DNA of 57,099 bases from NCBI GenBank assembly GCA_023301005.1, contig JALZVK010000162.1, positions 1 to 57,099 of the forward strand. Reading direction: 5' to 3'. This stretch comes from Saprospiraceae bacterium (GTDB taxonomy: Bacteria > Bacteroidota > Bacteroidia > Chitinophagales > Saprospiraceae). Below the pieces are notes generated by a model. That model did not search any database. It had not been told where the DNA came from and saw only the letters and a list, made by a program, of their open reading frames with translations. How positions within the stretch are numbered: position 1 is the first letter of the stretch; every line of letters starts with the position of its first letter. Below, piece after piece: positions 43,455-56,000 of this stretch. The position numbers were made by a program, and so were the translations under genes.

Positions 43455-46400
43455 TTACTCAATTTTTATTTTATCATAATCCTTAAAAATAGGAGACTGA
43501 GCAGCTTCGACTTTAGTTTGATAATCTTTCCAGTCATTTTCAAAAAAAGCATTTACCTTATCCAATACATCATTTACTTTTTGTTTAGCTTGTTCAGTAG
43601 CAAATTGAGCCATCTGCCCAGGTTTGCCTTCCGATGCATAAATATATCTTCTTGCAGTAAAAACGCTTGACATAATTCTATTATCTGAACGTTGAATACC
43701 TTTAGCATCTTGTGGCGCCATGTAGAGATGTTGTAAGGTAGAGATACTATCTTGTAAAGCTTTTCCTAATTTTTTCATTTCCTTTTTTGTAGAATCAGGA
43801 GCATTGACTAATTGGTCGTTGACCAATTTGATAGTCTTTTTAGCTTCTCTTAAACGGTCAAAACTTTCAGTTGTCGCATTGATTATTTTATTGAAATCTT
43901 GAACAGCGACTTCTTTCATTTTCATTTGTTCAGGAGTCGTTTCTCGCCTTGGGTCAAGGTGAATATTGAAAGTTGTAGAATCTTTATAGTCGCCATAGAT
44001 GCAAACCATTTTATAATTACCAGGTAATGCACTTGGTCCACCACCAGGAGGATCAGCATTCTTTCGAGGACTTCTCCAAGAAGGAAATCTAATTCCATCT
44101 CTACTCATTCCCCAACTGATACGATTCATTCCAGCTTCTAACTCTCGACTATAAGTACGAATGGTATCACCCGCGCTATCCATGATATGGATTTTTACTT
44201 TTTTATCTTTATCACCTTTCTTCTTTTTCGTTTTGTCTTTAGCGACGGAAGTGTCTTGTTTTTTCTTTTTAGCTTTCTTTTTGCGTTTAGCATCAGGGCT
44301 AGGCATTTTCTCTTTTTTCTTTTCTTCTTTTTTTACCCAAATAGAAATCATAGGATTCGATGATTTATTTTCTCCTTTAAAAATTGCGTCTGCATGGAAA
44401 CGAACGCCATCAACAGAACGAAAACTCGCAAGGTAACCATCAGTAGCAGAAATCACATCGAAAGGTTTTGATAATAATTGTCCATTCGTTTTTGCTAACT
44501 CACGGAACACTCGAATGTCATCAAAAATCCAAGCTGCCCGACCAAATGATCCAACAATCAAATCATGATCTCTAGGATGAATTTTTAAATCACGAGTTGA
44601 TACAGAAGGAAAATCTTTCATCCACTTGTTCCAAGTGCTTCCTTTATCTAACGAAAAATATAAACCGTAATCCGTTCCTAGAAATAATAAATTTTCTTCT
44701 ACAGGATCTTGAACGATAGAAAGTGTATGACCTTTTACATTATTTCCATCAGCAATTCTTCGGAAGGATTGACCATAATTAGTTGTATGGTAGAGATAAG
44801 GAGTCCAATCATTTTGGCGATAATTATTGAGGATGATAAATGCTTCACCCGCATTCTTTTGCGAAACTTCGATATAAGGAATCCAACCATTTTTAGGTGC
44901 GCCAGTTAAGCGACTAGCAAGATTAGTCCAATTTTTTCCACCGTCTTTTGTGAGTTGTAAATTTCCATCATCTGTTCCTACCCAAATTACATCTTCATCG
45001 ACAGGACTAGGAAGAATAGCTAAAATGGTCGTGTGATTTTCAGCACGAGTTACATCAGGAGTCAGTCCACCTGTTCGAAGACTTGCATTAATTTTTGCAG
45101 TATCATTAGTAGTTAAGTCAGGTGAAATAATTTCCCAACTCATTCCTTTATCAGAACTTTTATGAACAAACTGACTTCCAAAATATACTCCATCATTATC
45201 AAATGGATTTTGAGCAATCGCTGCATTCCAATTAAATCTCAATTCAATTCCATCAGGGTGAACAGGTTTGATAGAAGTCGTATGTCCAGTTTCTTTATCA
45301 ATATACCCTACAAATCCACCTTGAGACATTGACCACAAATAACGACTATCATCTTTATAAAACATCATATCGAAACCATCTCCAAACATGACCTCTCGCC
45401 AATCTGCATTTCGAATTCCTCCACGCTTCCAAATAGAACTTGGTCCTACCCAAGAACCATTGTCTTGCATACCTCCACCGATGTTGTAAGGAATTTCCAT
45501 ATCGTAATTGATATGATAAAATTGAGCAACAGGAATATTTTCAACAAATCTCCAATTGACTCCATTATCTCTTGAAATATTTACACCACCATCATTTCCT
45601 TCTATCATATAATTAGGGTCAGTTGGATGTTGCCAAAAAGCATGATGATCAGGATGCACTCCTTTTCCATAATCCAAAATTACTTCAAAAGTTTTTCCAC
45701 CGTCTTCACTTTTAGAAACATAAGTCCAAAGATTCCAAAGTCGATTTTCATTACCTGAATCCACAAAAATATCAGCATAATAAAATGGACGATTTCCAAT
45801 ATCTTTTTTTGAAATTAATTTCCATGAAGCTCCGCCATCTGTTGATTTATATAAACCATTTTCTTTTGCTTCAATTAATGAATACATAATATTTGGCTTA
45901 GAAGGAGAAAATGCTAAACCGATTCTCCCTAAATTTCCTTTAGGCAAACCATCTTTATGAGAAAGTTTTTTCCAAGTCTTACCACCATCGTAAGTGATAT
46001 GCATTCCAGAACCTTCACCACCTGATTCGAAGGTCCAAGGCTTCCGACCAAACTCCCACATGGCAGCTACTAACTTATTAGAGTTAGAAGGATCCATCAC
46101 TAAATCTGCAATACCTGTAGATGAATTAGTATAGAGAATTTTATCCCAAGTCATTCCTCCATCAGTTGTCTTAAATACTCCACGGTCTTCACTATTTCCC
46201 CAAGCAGCACCTTGTGCACCTGCATATACAATATTAGGATTGTCAGGATTGATAATGATTCTATGAATTACTTTTGTTTTTTGTAATCCCATTTGAGTCC
46301 AAGTCTTTCCGCCATCAATAGTTTTGAAAATACCATCGCCACTATTCTGAGAATTACGAGGATTTCCTTCTCCAGTTCCTACCCAAATTTCATCTGTATT

Positions 46401-46688
46401 TTTTTGATTGATTGCGAGGCTTCCGATTGATTGCAAAGGAGCTTCATCAAAAATAGGTTCCCATCGGACACCACCACTTTCTGATTTCCAAACACCACCA
46501 GAAGCAGTTCCAACATAAATAATTTCAGGATTGGTCAAATCTACATCAATAGCAGTTACACGACCACTCATCCCTGCGGGACCGATATTTCTTATTTTTA
46601 AATTTTCAAGGTCTTCGACATTTATTTTTTGTGAAAAACAGAAAATGGAAAAAAAGCATAAGGAAAGTAAGGTTAAATAAAATCTCAT
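43455..46688 (-). CDS. Secreted BNR/Asp-box (sortilin/VPS10-like) beta-propeller protein
   Basis: Signal peptide MRFYLTLLSLCFFSIFCFSQ and many Asp-box-like repeats (S.DGG.TW: TIDGGKTW, TTDGGMTW, YDGGKTW, STDGGASW, SEDGGKTF, TKDGGKNW). ATG at 46688 is preferred. Confidence 0.8.
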   Translation of the reverse strand: MRFYLTLLSLCFFSIFCFSQKINVEDLENLKIRNIGPAGMSGRVTAIDVDLTNPEIIYVGTASGGVWKSESGGVRWEPIFDEAPLQSIGSLAINQKNTDEIWVGTGEGNPRNSQNSGDGIFKTIDGGKTWTQMGLQKTKVIHRIIINPDNPNIVYAGAQGAAWGNSEDRGVFKTTDGGMTWDKILYTNSSTGIADLVMDPSNSNKLVAAMWEFGRKPWTFESGGEGSGMHITYDGGKTWKKLSHKDGLPKGNLGRIGLAFSPSKPNIMYSLIEAKENGLYKSTDGGASWKLISKKDIGNRPFYYADIFVDSGNENRLWNLWTYVSKSEDGGKTFEVILDYGKGVHPDHHAFWQHPTDPNYMIEGNDGGVNISRDNGVNWRFVENIPVAQFYHINYDMEIPYNIGGGMQDNGSWVGPSSIWKRGGIRNADWREVMFGDGFDMMFYKDDSRYLWSMSQGGFVGYIDKETGHTTSIKPVHPDGIELRFNWNAAIAQNPFDNDGVYFGSQFVHKSSDKGMSWEIISPDLTTNDTAKINASLRTGGLTPDVTRAENHTTILAILPSPVDEDVIWVGTDDGNLQLTKDGGKNWTNLASRLTGAPKNGWIPYIEVSQKNAGEAFIILNNYRQNDWTPYLYHTTNYGQSFRRIADGNNVKGHTLSIVQDPVEENLLFLGTDYGLYFSLDKGSTWNKWMKDFPSVSTRDLKIHPRDHDLIVGSFGRAAWIFDDIRVFRELAKTNGQLLSKPFDVISATDGYLASFRSVDGVRFHADAIFKGENKSSNPMISIWVKKEEKKKEKMPSPDAKRKKKAKKKKQDTSVAKDKTKKKKGDKDKKVKIHIMDSAGDTIRTYSRELEAGMNRISWGMSRDGIRFPSWRSPRKNADPPGGGPSALPGNYKMVCIYGDYKDSTTFNIHLDPRRETTPEQMKMKEVAVQDFNKIINATTESFDRLREAKKTIKLVNDQLVNAPDSTKKEMKKLGKALQDSISTLQHLYMAPQDAKGIQRSDNRIMSSVFTARRYIYASEGKPGQMAQFATEQAKQKVNDVLDKVNAFFENDWKDYQTKVEAAQSPIFKDYDKIKIE

Positions 46689-47046
46689 GTTTGTGTTGTT
46701 TATAAAAAAATAATAAGCTAAATTATTGAAAATAATTGATTCTATAGCCAAATTAATAAGATGTCTGAAAAGGAAAATTAAAATTTTATATGCAATGTCA
46801 TATATGTATATATGGTAATGTTTTATTTTGTACTAAATATATAGGCATCGTTTGCCTACTAATCAGTATCTTTAGTATTAAAATAACCTCAACTAAATCT
46901 TTAATTTGTAAGGTCATATAATTTTCAGTTTTAGCTATGAATTCAAAAAAATAATTTTCATAATCATTTATGAAATGGTATTCTATGTATTGTGTCTTTA
47001 TTTGAGACATAGACTAACAAACATTATTTACAATCAATCAAATACA

Positions 47047-50000
47047 ATGAAAAGAATTTTACTTCCCTCTGCCGCTTCGATTTTTATATTGTTGACTTGT
47101 ATGGCTTTTATGCCAGAGTCAGTTTCTGAAAAAAATAATAGTTTAACAGATATAGTTCTTGAGTTGTCAGAATCTCAGGAGCGAATTGGTTTTACGTTTG
47201 AAAAAGGTGGAATTAATGAAGTGACCTTATGTAATCTAGAAGTAGGAGTTAATTATGATTTATCTATTTCTGATTTAGGATTTCAATGTACAATGGATCC
47301 TACTTTTTTTGGAAAAAATAATAATGCTGCAAAGCATTTAAAAATAAATTCATCGACAGGATGTTATGAATTAAAAATACAAAACCATTGTAATTTCAAA
47401 AAAGAAGCTGTCCTTTCAGTAAGTCGTGAAGAGATTATTGATACTAATAATAATAATACAGGGCAGAATGATGATACAGAAGTAGTACCGATTACTACAA
47501 ATTCAAGTATGACTGCAACTCAGTTAATTGAAGATGTATTTATCGGAGGAGGTTGTTTTGATGTTACTAATGTGCAAACAATTGGTTCGTCTCAAGGAAT
47601 TGGTTCATTTGCCAATGGAGGAGCTTCTATAGGATTTGATGAAGGAGTAGTTTTGTCATCTGGAAATATCAACGGAGTTTCAGGACCGAATTCGGGTGAA
47701 CAAGGAGCGAGTTCAGCAACAGGTGGTGGATCTGATTCTGACCTAGCGATTTTAACTTCTCAAAACATTAATGATGCAGCAGGAATTGAATTTGATTTTT
47801 CTCCGACACTTTCAACAATACAATTTCAATTTGTATTTGGATCTGAGGAGTATTGCGAATTTGTAGGGACGCAATTTAATGATGTATTTGGATTTTTTAT
47901 TAGTGGAAATGGATTCAATGGACCTTACTCAGGAGGTGGAGAAAATATTGCATTAGTGCCAGGAACGGTAACACCTATAACTATTAACACAGTTAATAAT
48001 GTAACTAACTCTCAATATTTTTTACCAAACAATGCAGGATGTGGAGGGGTGACCAATTCAGCGGATATTGAATTTGATGGATACACTGTTGTACTGACAG
48101 CTACAGCCAATGTAATTCCTTGTGAGACTTATCATATTCGATTAGTAATAGGTGATGGTTCGGATTCCATTTATGATTCAGCGGTTTTTCTAAATGCAGG
48201 AAGTTTTAATGCAGGTGGACAAGCATCTGTAACAGGTGGTAATGCTAATGGTTCAGGAGTGATATTTGAAGATTGTGATGATGGATTTATCACTTTTACA
48301 AGAGAGACAGGAGATGCATCACAACCTTTAATAATTACATATACGATTGACCCTGCAAGTACAGCTACAGCTGGTGTTGATTATGTTCCGCTTCCTACCT
48401 CTATTATAATACCTGCGGGACAAACTGAGGTTACTATTCCAATTACTGTTTTTGGAGATGCAATAATAGAAGGTATTGAAACAATTATATTAGATATAGA
48501 TAATTCCTGTTCTTGTGTAAATAATACCGCCACAATACAAATAAGTGATAGTGTTCCACTCGATGTAGATGGCTTGGATGATCAGGAGTTATGTGGTTCC
48601 CAAACCTTGACACTTTCCCCAACTATTGTTGGAGGAGTACCTCCTCTTACATATTCGTGGAGTACAGGGCAAACCACACCTTCGATTACTACAACTATTA
48701 CTCAAACCACTTTAGTATCTGTAACCATTACAGATGATTGTGGAAATACAGGAATAGAAGATGCAACAATTACGATTGGACAAGCTCCAACTGCAGTATT
48801 ATCAGGTAGTGCTGAAATTTGTCCTCCAGGTAACTCTGCTGCTACATTGCAAGTTTTATTTACTGGAGATGGTCCATGGGATTTATTTTATACTTTAAAT
48901 GGAGTTGCTCAAACTCCACTTTTAGGAATTACAACTAATCCATTTTCTTTACAGGTTTCTGCATTAGGAACTTATGCGATATCTCAAGTTATCGAAGATG
49001 GATGTCCAGGTTCAGGTTCTGGACTTGGAATAGTTACACCAACGATTCTTACACCAGTTGCGGTCGCATTTGATGTAAGTTGCCCTGGGCAAAATGATGG
49101 AGCCATTAATACGATACCAGTAGGAGGAGAACCTCCTTATTCATATTCATGGAATAATCCAAGTGCTGGGGTACAACAAAATCCTAATAATTTACCAGCA
49201 GGAAATTATATAGTTACTGTATCAGATGCTAATGGTTGTACAGGTGTAACTTCGACTACTATTAATGAACCAGCAGCTATCATAGCGTCAGCTACAGGAG
49301 CATCTGTAGATTGTAATAATCCTAATGGAGCAACTTTAACTTTGACAGTATCTGGAGGAACAATTCCTTTAGGATATCTGTGGAGTAATGGTTCTACGCA
49401 ACAAAATCCAACAGGTATAACTTCTGGAACTTATACGGTTACAGTTACTGATGACGCAGGATGTACTACTACTACATCTGCATTAGTTACTGAAGATTTT
49501 GCTCCACCTACTGCTGTCGCAAATGTAATATCAAATATAAATTGTAATAACCCACAAGGTTCTTTGAATGGAAGTGGTTCAAGTACAGGAGGTGATTTTA
49601 TTTATTCATGGACTACTCAAGATGGTAGTTTCATAGGTGGACAAAATTCATTAACACCTACTGTTGGCTCGGGAGGTACTTATGAATTAATCGTCACTAA
49701 TACGACTAATGGTTGTACTGAAGTTGCGTCAGTTATGGTTTCAGAAGATACCACTCCACCAGATGCTGTGGCAAATGCACCTTCTAATATAGATTGTAAT
49801 AATGCTCAAATATCTCTTGATGGATTTGGTTCAAGTACAGCAGCTGGAGTCAGCTATCAATGGACGACTTCAGATGGTAATATCGTTTCGGGAGCAACTA
49901 CTCTTAATCCTTTAGTAGATGCTGCGGGTACTTATATCTTGACTGTTATTAATGCAAATAATGGATGTGTGAATGTAGCTACAGTTAGTATTACTGCTGA

Positions 50001-53000
50001 TTTGACTCCACCAGATGCTGACGCAGGACAACCTCAAATGATAGGTTGTAATACTAATAATGTGACGTTGGTTGGAGCATTTTCAAGTATGGGCCCAAAT
50101 TTCACTTATATGTGGACGACTGGAAATGGATTTATCGTTTCAGGTGAAAATACTCTACTCCCTCAAGTTTCTGCTCCAGGTACTTATGAGATATTAGTAA
50201 CAAATACTACTAATGGATGTACTGCAATTGATTTTGTAGATGTGACTTTGGATAACTCAGCTCCAGTTGCTGATGCAGGTACTCCAATGGATTTGACTTG
50301 TGGGACAAGTCAATTAAATTTAGATGGAAGCGGTTCTGATTCAGGACCAGACATTACATATATGTGGACGACACAAGATGGAAATATTACAGGAGATCCA
50401 ATGTCTATAAATCCATCAATAGATGCTGCGGGTACTTATCAATTGGTTGTAACTGGAGGCAATGGTTGTTCTACTATTTCAACGGTAACCATCGGAGAAA
50501 ATCAAACTGAACCAAATGTTGATCCAGGACCAACGATAAATATTCCATGTGGAGCAACGCAAGTTACTTTGATGGGAAATACATCGACTACTGGTAATCT
50601 TACATTTTTATGGACAACACAAAATGGAAATATTGTCTCAGGAGCTAATACATTAAATCCTATAGTAGATGCTTCGGGGACTTATCAATTGACCATTTTT
50701 AATAATGATAATAATTGTGTTAATGTTGCTTCGACAGATGTAACTAATATTGCAATTCTTCCTGATGTTGATGCAGGAGTTGACCAAGAACTAACTTGTT
50801 CAATGGCTCAAATAATCTTAGATGGTTCTAATTCTGCGACTGGTGCAAGTATCACTTATATGTGGATGACTCCAGATGGAAATATAGTTTCAGGTGATAA
50901 TACAATCAATCCAACAGTTGATGCGCCAGGAACATATACTTTATTAGTAACAGATGCTGATAGTGGATGTACATCGACAGCAACAGTTGACGTAACTGAA
51001 AATGTAGTTTTACCAAATGCAGTAGCAACAGCTCAAGGGGCGTTGACTTGTACCGTAATGGAAGTTGGTTTGGATGGAAATGGTTCAAGTACAGGTAATT
51101 TCACTTATCTGTGGACGACTCAAAATGGAAATATTCTTTCAGGTGATAATACATTAACACCTCAAGTTAATGCAGCAGGTACTTATCAAATTTTAGTTAC
51201 AAATACAATAACAGGTTGTACACAAACAGCTACTGTTGATATAACAAATGATGGAAATGTCCCTGATGTGAATGCAGGAGTCGCAGATGATTTAACTTGT
51301 ATAATTTCTCAAGTTACCCTAAATGGAAGTGGTTCTTCTGGAAATAATTTCACTTACCAATGGACGACCCAAAATGGAAATATCGTTTCAGGTGATGATT
51401 CATTAAATCCACTTGTAAATGCAGCAGGACTTTACCAACTTGTAATAACAGATATTACCAATGGTTGTACCGCACTATCTACAGTAGAAGTGGATGAAGA
51501 CAATGTACCACCTGTTGCTATTGCAAATCCAATCAATGCTTTAGGTTGTACTCAAACGACTGGGACATTAGATGGAACAGGTTCAAGTACAGGAATGGGA
51601 ATCACTTATCAATGGACGACTCAAAATGGAAATATCGTTTCAGGTGATGATTCATTAAATCCAGTTATTGATGCAGCAGGTACTTATCAAATATTAGTCA
51701 CCAATACTTTAACTGGATGTACTGAAGTTGCTTCAGTTGATGTTGATAATGATGGAGATGTACCAGATGTCAATGCAGGAATGGCTGATGATATTACATG
51801 TGATAACAATGATATTACATTAAGTGGAAGTGGTTCAAGTGGAGCAGATTTCACTTACGAATGGGTAACCCAAAATGGAAATATTGTTTCAGGTGCAAAT
51901 TCATTAGATCCAATTGTAGATGCTATCGGAATTTATGAATTGATAATTACTAATATTTCAAATGGATGTAGTGCATCTTCATTTATCGAAGTATTTGAAA
52001 GTACAGATTTCCCAACAGCAATAGTTAATCCATCTAGTCCGTTAGGGTGTACTCAAATGACGACAACATTAGATGGAACAGGTTCTTCAAATTCAGGAAC
52101 AGACTTTACTTATGAATGGACAACTCAAAATGGAAGTATTGTTTCTGGCGAAACAACTTTAATGCCTGTTGTAAATGCTGCTGGAACTTATGTCTTAGTA
52201 GTAACCAATACAACTAATGGTTGTACGCAGACTGCTTCAATTGATGTAGTCAATGATGGAAATGTACCAGATGTCAATGCAGGAATGGCTGACGACATCA
52301 CCTGTAATAACAATGAAATTACATTAAATGGAAATGGTTCAAGTGGAGCAGATTTCACTTACGAATGGACGACTCAAAATGGAAATATTCTTTCAGGTGG
52401 ATCTACTTTAAATCCACTTGTCAATGCGGTAGGAGAATATCAATTAATGGTGACAGATATAAATAATGGTTGTACTGCTATTTCTTTAGTTACAGTTGGA
52501 GAGAATGTATCACCACCAGATGTTACATTAGATATTCCAGATCCATTAGATTGTAATACCTCTACAGTAAATTTAACAGGAACTAATAATGACCCTACGG
52601 GAAATTACACTTACACTTGGACGACTCAAAATGGAGACATCATCTCAGGTAATAATACTTTAAGTCCAATCGTAGGTCTTGAAGGTCAATATACTTTAGA
52701 AATAATGAACACTGATAATGGATGTGTTGCGACTACTTCAATAGATGTAACTATTGATAATCAAGAACCTTTGGCAGATGCTGGAAACTTGATGGAAGTA
52801 ACTTGTGCCAATAACGAAATCACTTTGGATGGAAGTGGTTCTGCGTCAGGGGCGAATTTTACATACGAATGGACGACCCAGAATGGGTCAATAATATCAG
52901 GAGCAGATTCTATCAATCCTCTAGTAGGTGCAGCAGGTACTTACCAAATTTTAGTAACGGATTTAAATAACGGTTGTACTGCAATTAGTGAGGTGGTTGT

Positions 53001-56000
53001 CGATGAGGATTTTGATGACCCAGTTGCAGTTGCAGGTCAAACTCAAACTTTAAGTTGTTCTCAAACTTCTCTTCAGTTGAATGGAAATGGAAGTTCATTT
53101 GGAAATGAATTTATCTATGAATGGACAACACAAAATGGAAGTATCATTTCAGGTGATAATACTTTGACTCCAGAAATAAATGCAGCAGGTGATTATCAAC
53201 TTCAAGTAACGAATACAGATAATGGTTGTATCAATACATCAACAGTAACAATTGAGCAAGATAGTAACGTACCAAACTCTTCAGCAGGAGACGACAATGT
53301 TTTAAATTGTGATATTACAACTTTGACCTTAGATGGTTCTAACTCATCTTCTGGAATTGAATTCTCTTATGAGTGGACAACTCAAAATGGTAATATTGTT
53401 TCAGGTGCAAATACAATTAATCCTCTAATAGACATGGCTGGTGATTACCAATTGGTAGTAACCAATAATACCAATGGATGTACTGCGCCATCTTCGTTAA
53501 CGATTGTTTTGGATGAAACAACACCAACCTCTGAGGCAGGTGTTGCTCAATCATTAAGTTGTACTAACAATGAAGTTACATTAGATGGAGTTGGTTCAAG
53601 TACAGGTACAGAATATACTTACCAATGGGTAACACAAAATGGAAATATCGTTTCAGGTGAAAATACATTGACACCAGTAGTTAATGCAACTGGTACTTAC
53701 GAACTCATCGTAACTTTCTTAGGAAGCGGTTGTACGACTTCTGATTTTGTAGATGTAAATCAAGATAGCAGTTTACCAACTGCTGATGCAGGAGATGGTT
53801 TTGAAATCACTTGTAATGCTTTTGATGGAACACTAGATGCAAGTAATTCGACTACTGGAGCTGATATAATTTTTGAGTGGACAACACAAGATGGAAATAT
53901 CGTTTCGGGTGAAAATACATTGACACCTTTAGTAGATGCAGCAGGTGTTTATCAATTAATATTGACTAATGCAACGAATGGTTGTACTGCAATTTCCGCA
54001 GTAACAGTTGTAGATAATAACAATGAACCTACGGCAGAAGCAGGTATCACATTAGAACTCAATTGTAATGATGAAATGCTAACGCTTAGTGGTACAACAA
54101 CGGATACAAGTTCAACTCTAATTTATGAATGGACGACTCCAGATGGTAACATTGTTTCAGGTGAAAACACATTGAATCCTGAGATTAATTTGGAAGGAAC
54201 TTATCAATTAATGATAACCAATACTGCGACAGGTTGTGTCTCTACAGATGATGTAATTATCACTTCTGATTTTACAACTCCAATAGCAGATGCAGGTGCG
54301 ACAGATGAGTTAAATTGTACGCAACCTTTTGCGACACTTGATGGGAATGGAAGTAGCACGGGCGTAGAATATATTTACTTATGGACGACTCAAAACGGGA
54401 ATATTGTTTCAGGTGAAAATACATTAAATCCTGATGTCAATATGGCTGGCGATTACGAACTTCTAGTAACTAATATCGTCAATGGTTGTACTTCTATCGA
54501 AGTAGTTTCTATTACTGAAAATATCAACGAACCCGATGTAAGTATTGCAGTTGCAGCTGATTTGACTTGTGATTTGACTGCTTTCGAATTAGATGGAAGC
54601 GCATCAAGTACAGGTACAGAATTTACATATCAATGGACTACAACTGATGGTAATATTGTAAGCGGTGATGATGCAGTAAATCCAATGATAGATGAACCTG
54701 GAACTTATGTTTTAGTCGTAACCAACACTACGAATAATTGTTCAGCAACTTCGCAAATTGTAGTTGACGAAAATGTAATTGAACCTACTTCAAATGCAGG
54801 TGTACAAGGACAGTTGACCTGTGCAATTACTCAAACTCAATTAGATGGAAGTGCATCAAGTACAGGTGCTAACTTCATCTATTTATGGACAACGACTACA
54901 GGAAGTATTATCTCAGGTGAAACTATTCTTACTCCTACCGTAGGCGGTACAGGGACATATGAATTAATCGTAACAAATACCATTACAGGATGTACATCAA
55001 GTTCATTTACAGATGTTGCTTCTGATGGAAATCTTCCAGACGTTGCAGCGGCTCCGATGGGTATGTTGACTTGTTCAACAACGACAATTGACTTAAATGG
55101 AAATGGTTCTTCGACAGGTGCTGACTTCACTTATACATGGACAACAGTTAATGGAAATATAGTGTCAGGTGAGACGACACTTTTTCCAACAGTAAACCAA
55201 ACAGGTGACTATACTTTAATCGTCACTAATATTACAAATGGTTGTAGCGATGAAGTTACAATTATTGTAAATGAAGATATAGAGCCTCCAGTTGCAGTTA
55301 TAGATCAAACAGGAAGTACGAGTTTAGATTGTATAAATTCAAGTCTTATTTTAGATGGTTCAGGTTCGCAGCCTTTTGGAAATGTATCTTACGCATGGAC
55401 AACTATTGATGGAAATATTGTCTCAGGGGGAAATACTGCCAACCCTGAAATTGATGACGATGGAGAATATATTTTGACTATCACAAACTTAACCAATGGC
55501 TGTACAGAAACTCAATCTATAATTATAGACCAAGACCTTTCTGTTCCGCAAGGTAATATTGTACAACCAATCCCATTGACTTGTAATATTACAGAGTTGA
55601 CATTAGAAGGAACACTTCTATCAGTAGGAACAAATTTCTCTTACCAATGGACAACAACTAATGGGAATATTGTTTCGGACGGAACGACCTTAAATCCAAC
55701 TGTCGATGAGCCAGGATTATATCAATTAATTATTACAGATTTAAATAGTAATTGTGATAATCAATTTTCGATAACTGTATCGGAAGATGTTTTAGCACCA
55801 GATGCTGAAGCAGGAGTCGCTGATAATTTAGATTGTCAAGTTACCTCAGTTTCTCTAAATGGTTCTGCATCTTCATTTGGAAATAACATTACTTATACGT
55901 GGACGACAACTAATGGAAATATTGTTTCAGGAGCGACTACAACTTCACCAGTTGTAGATGCCGAAGGAACTTATACACTCTTGGTAACGAACAATCAAAA

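Noticed and set aside
50906-55130. Antisense ORFs 50906-51088 and 54879-55130
   Set aside because: They are embedded in the giant adhesin gene on the opposite strand and are shadow ORFs.
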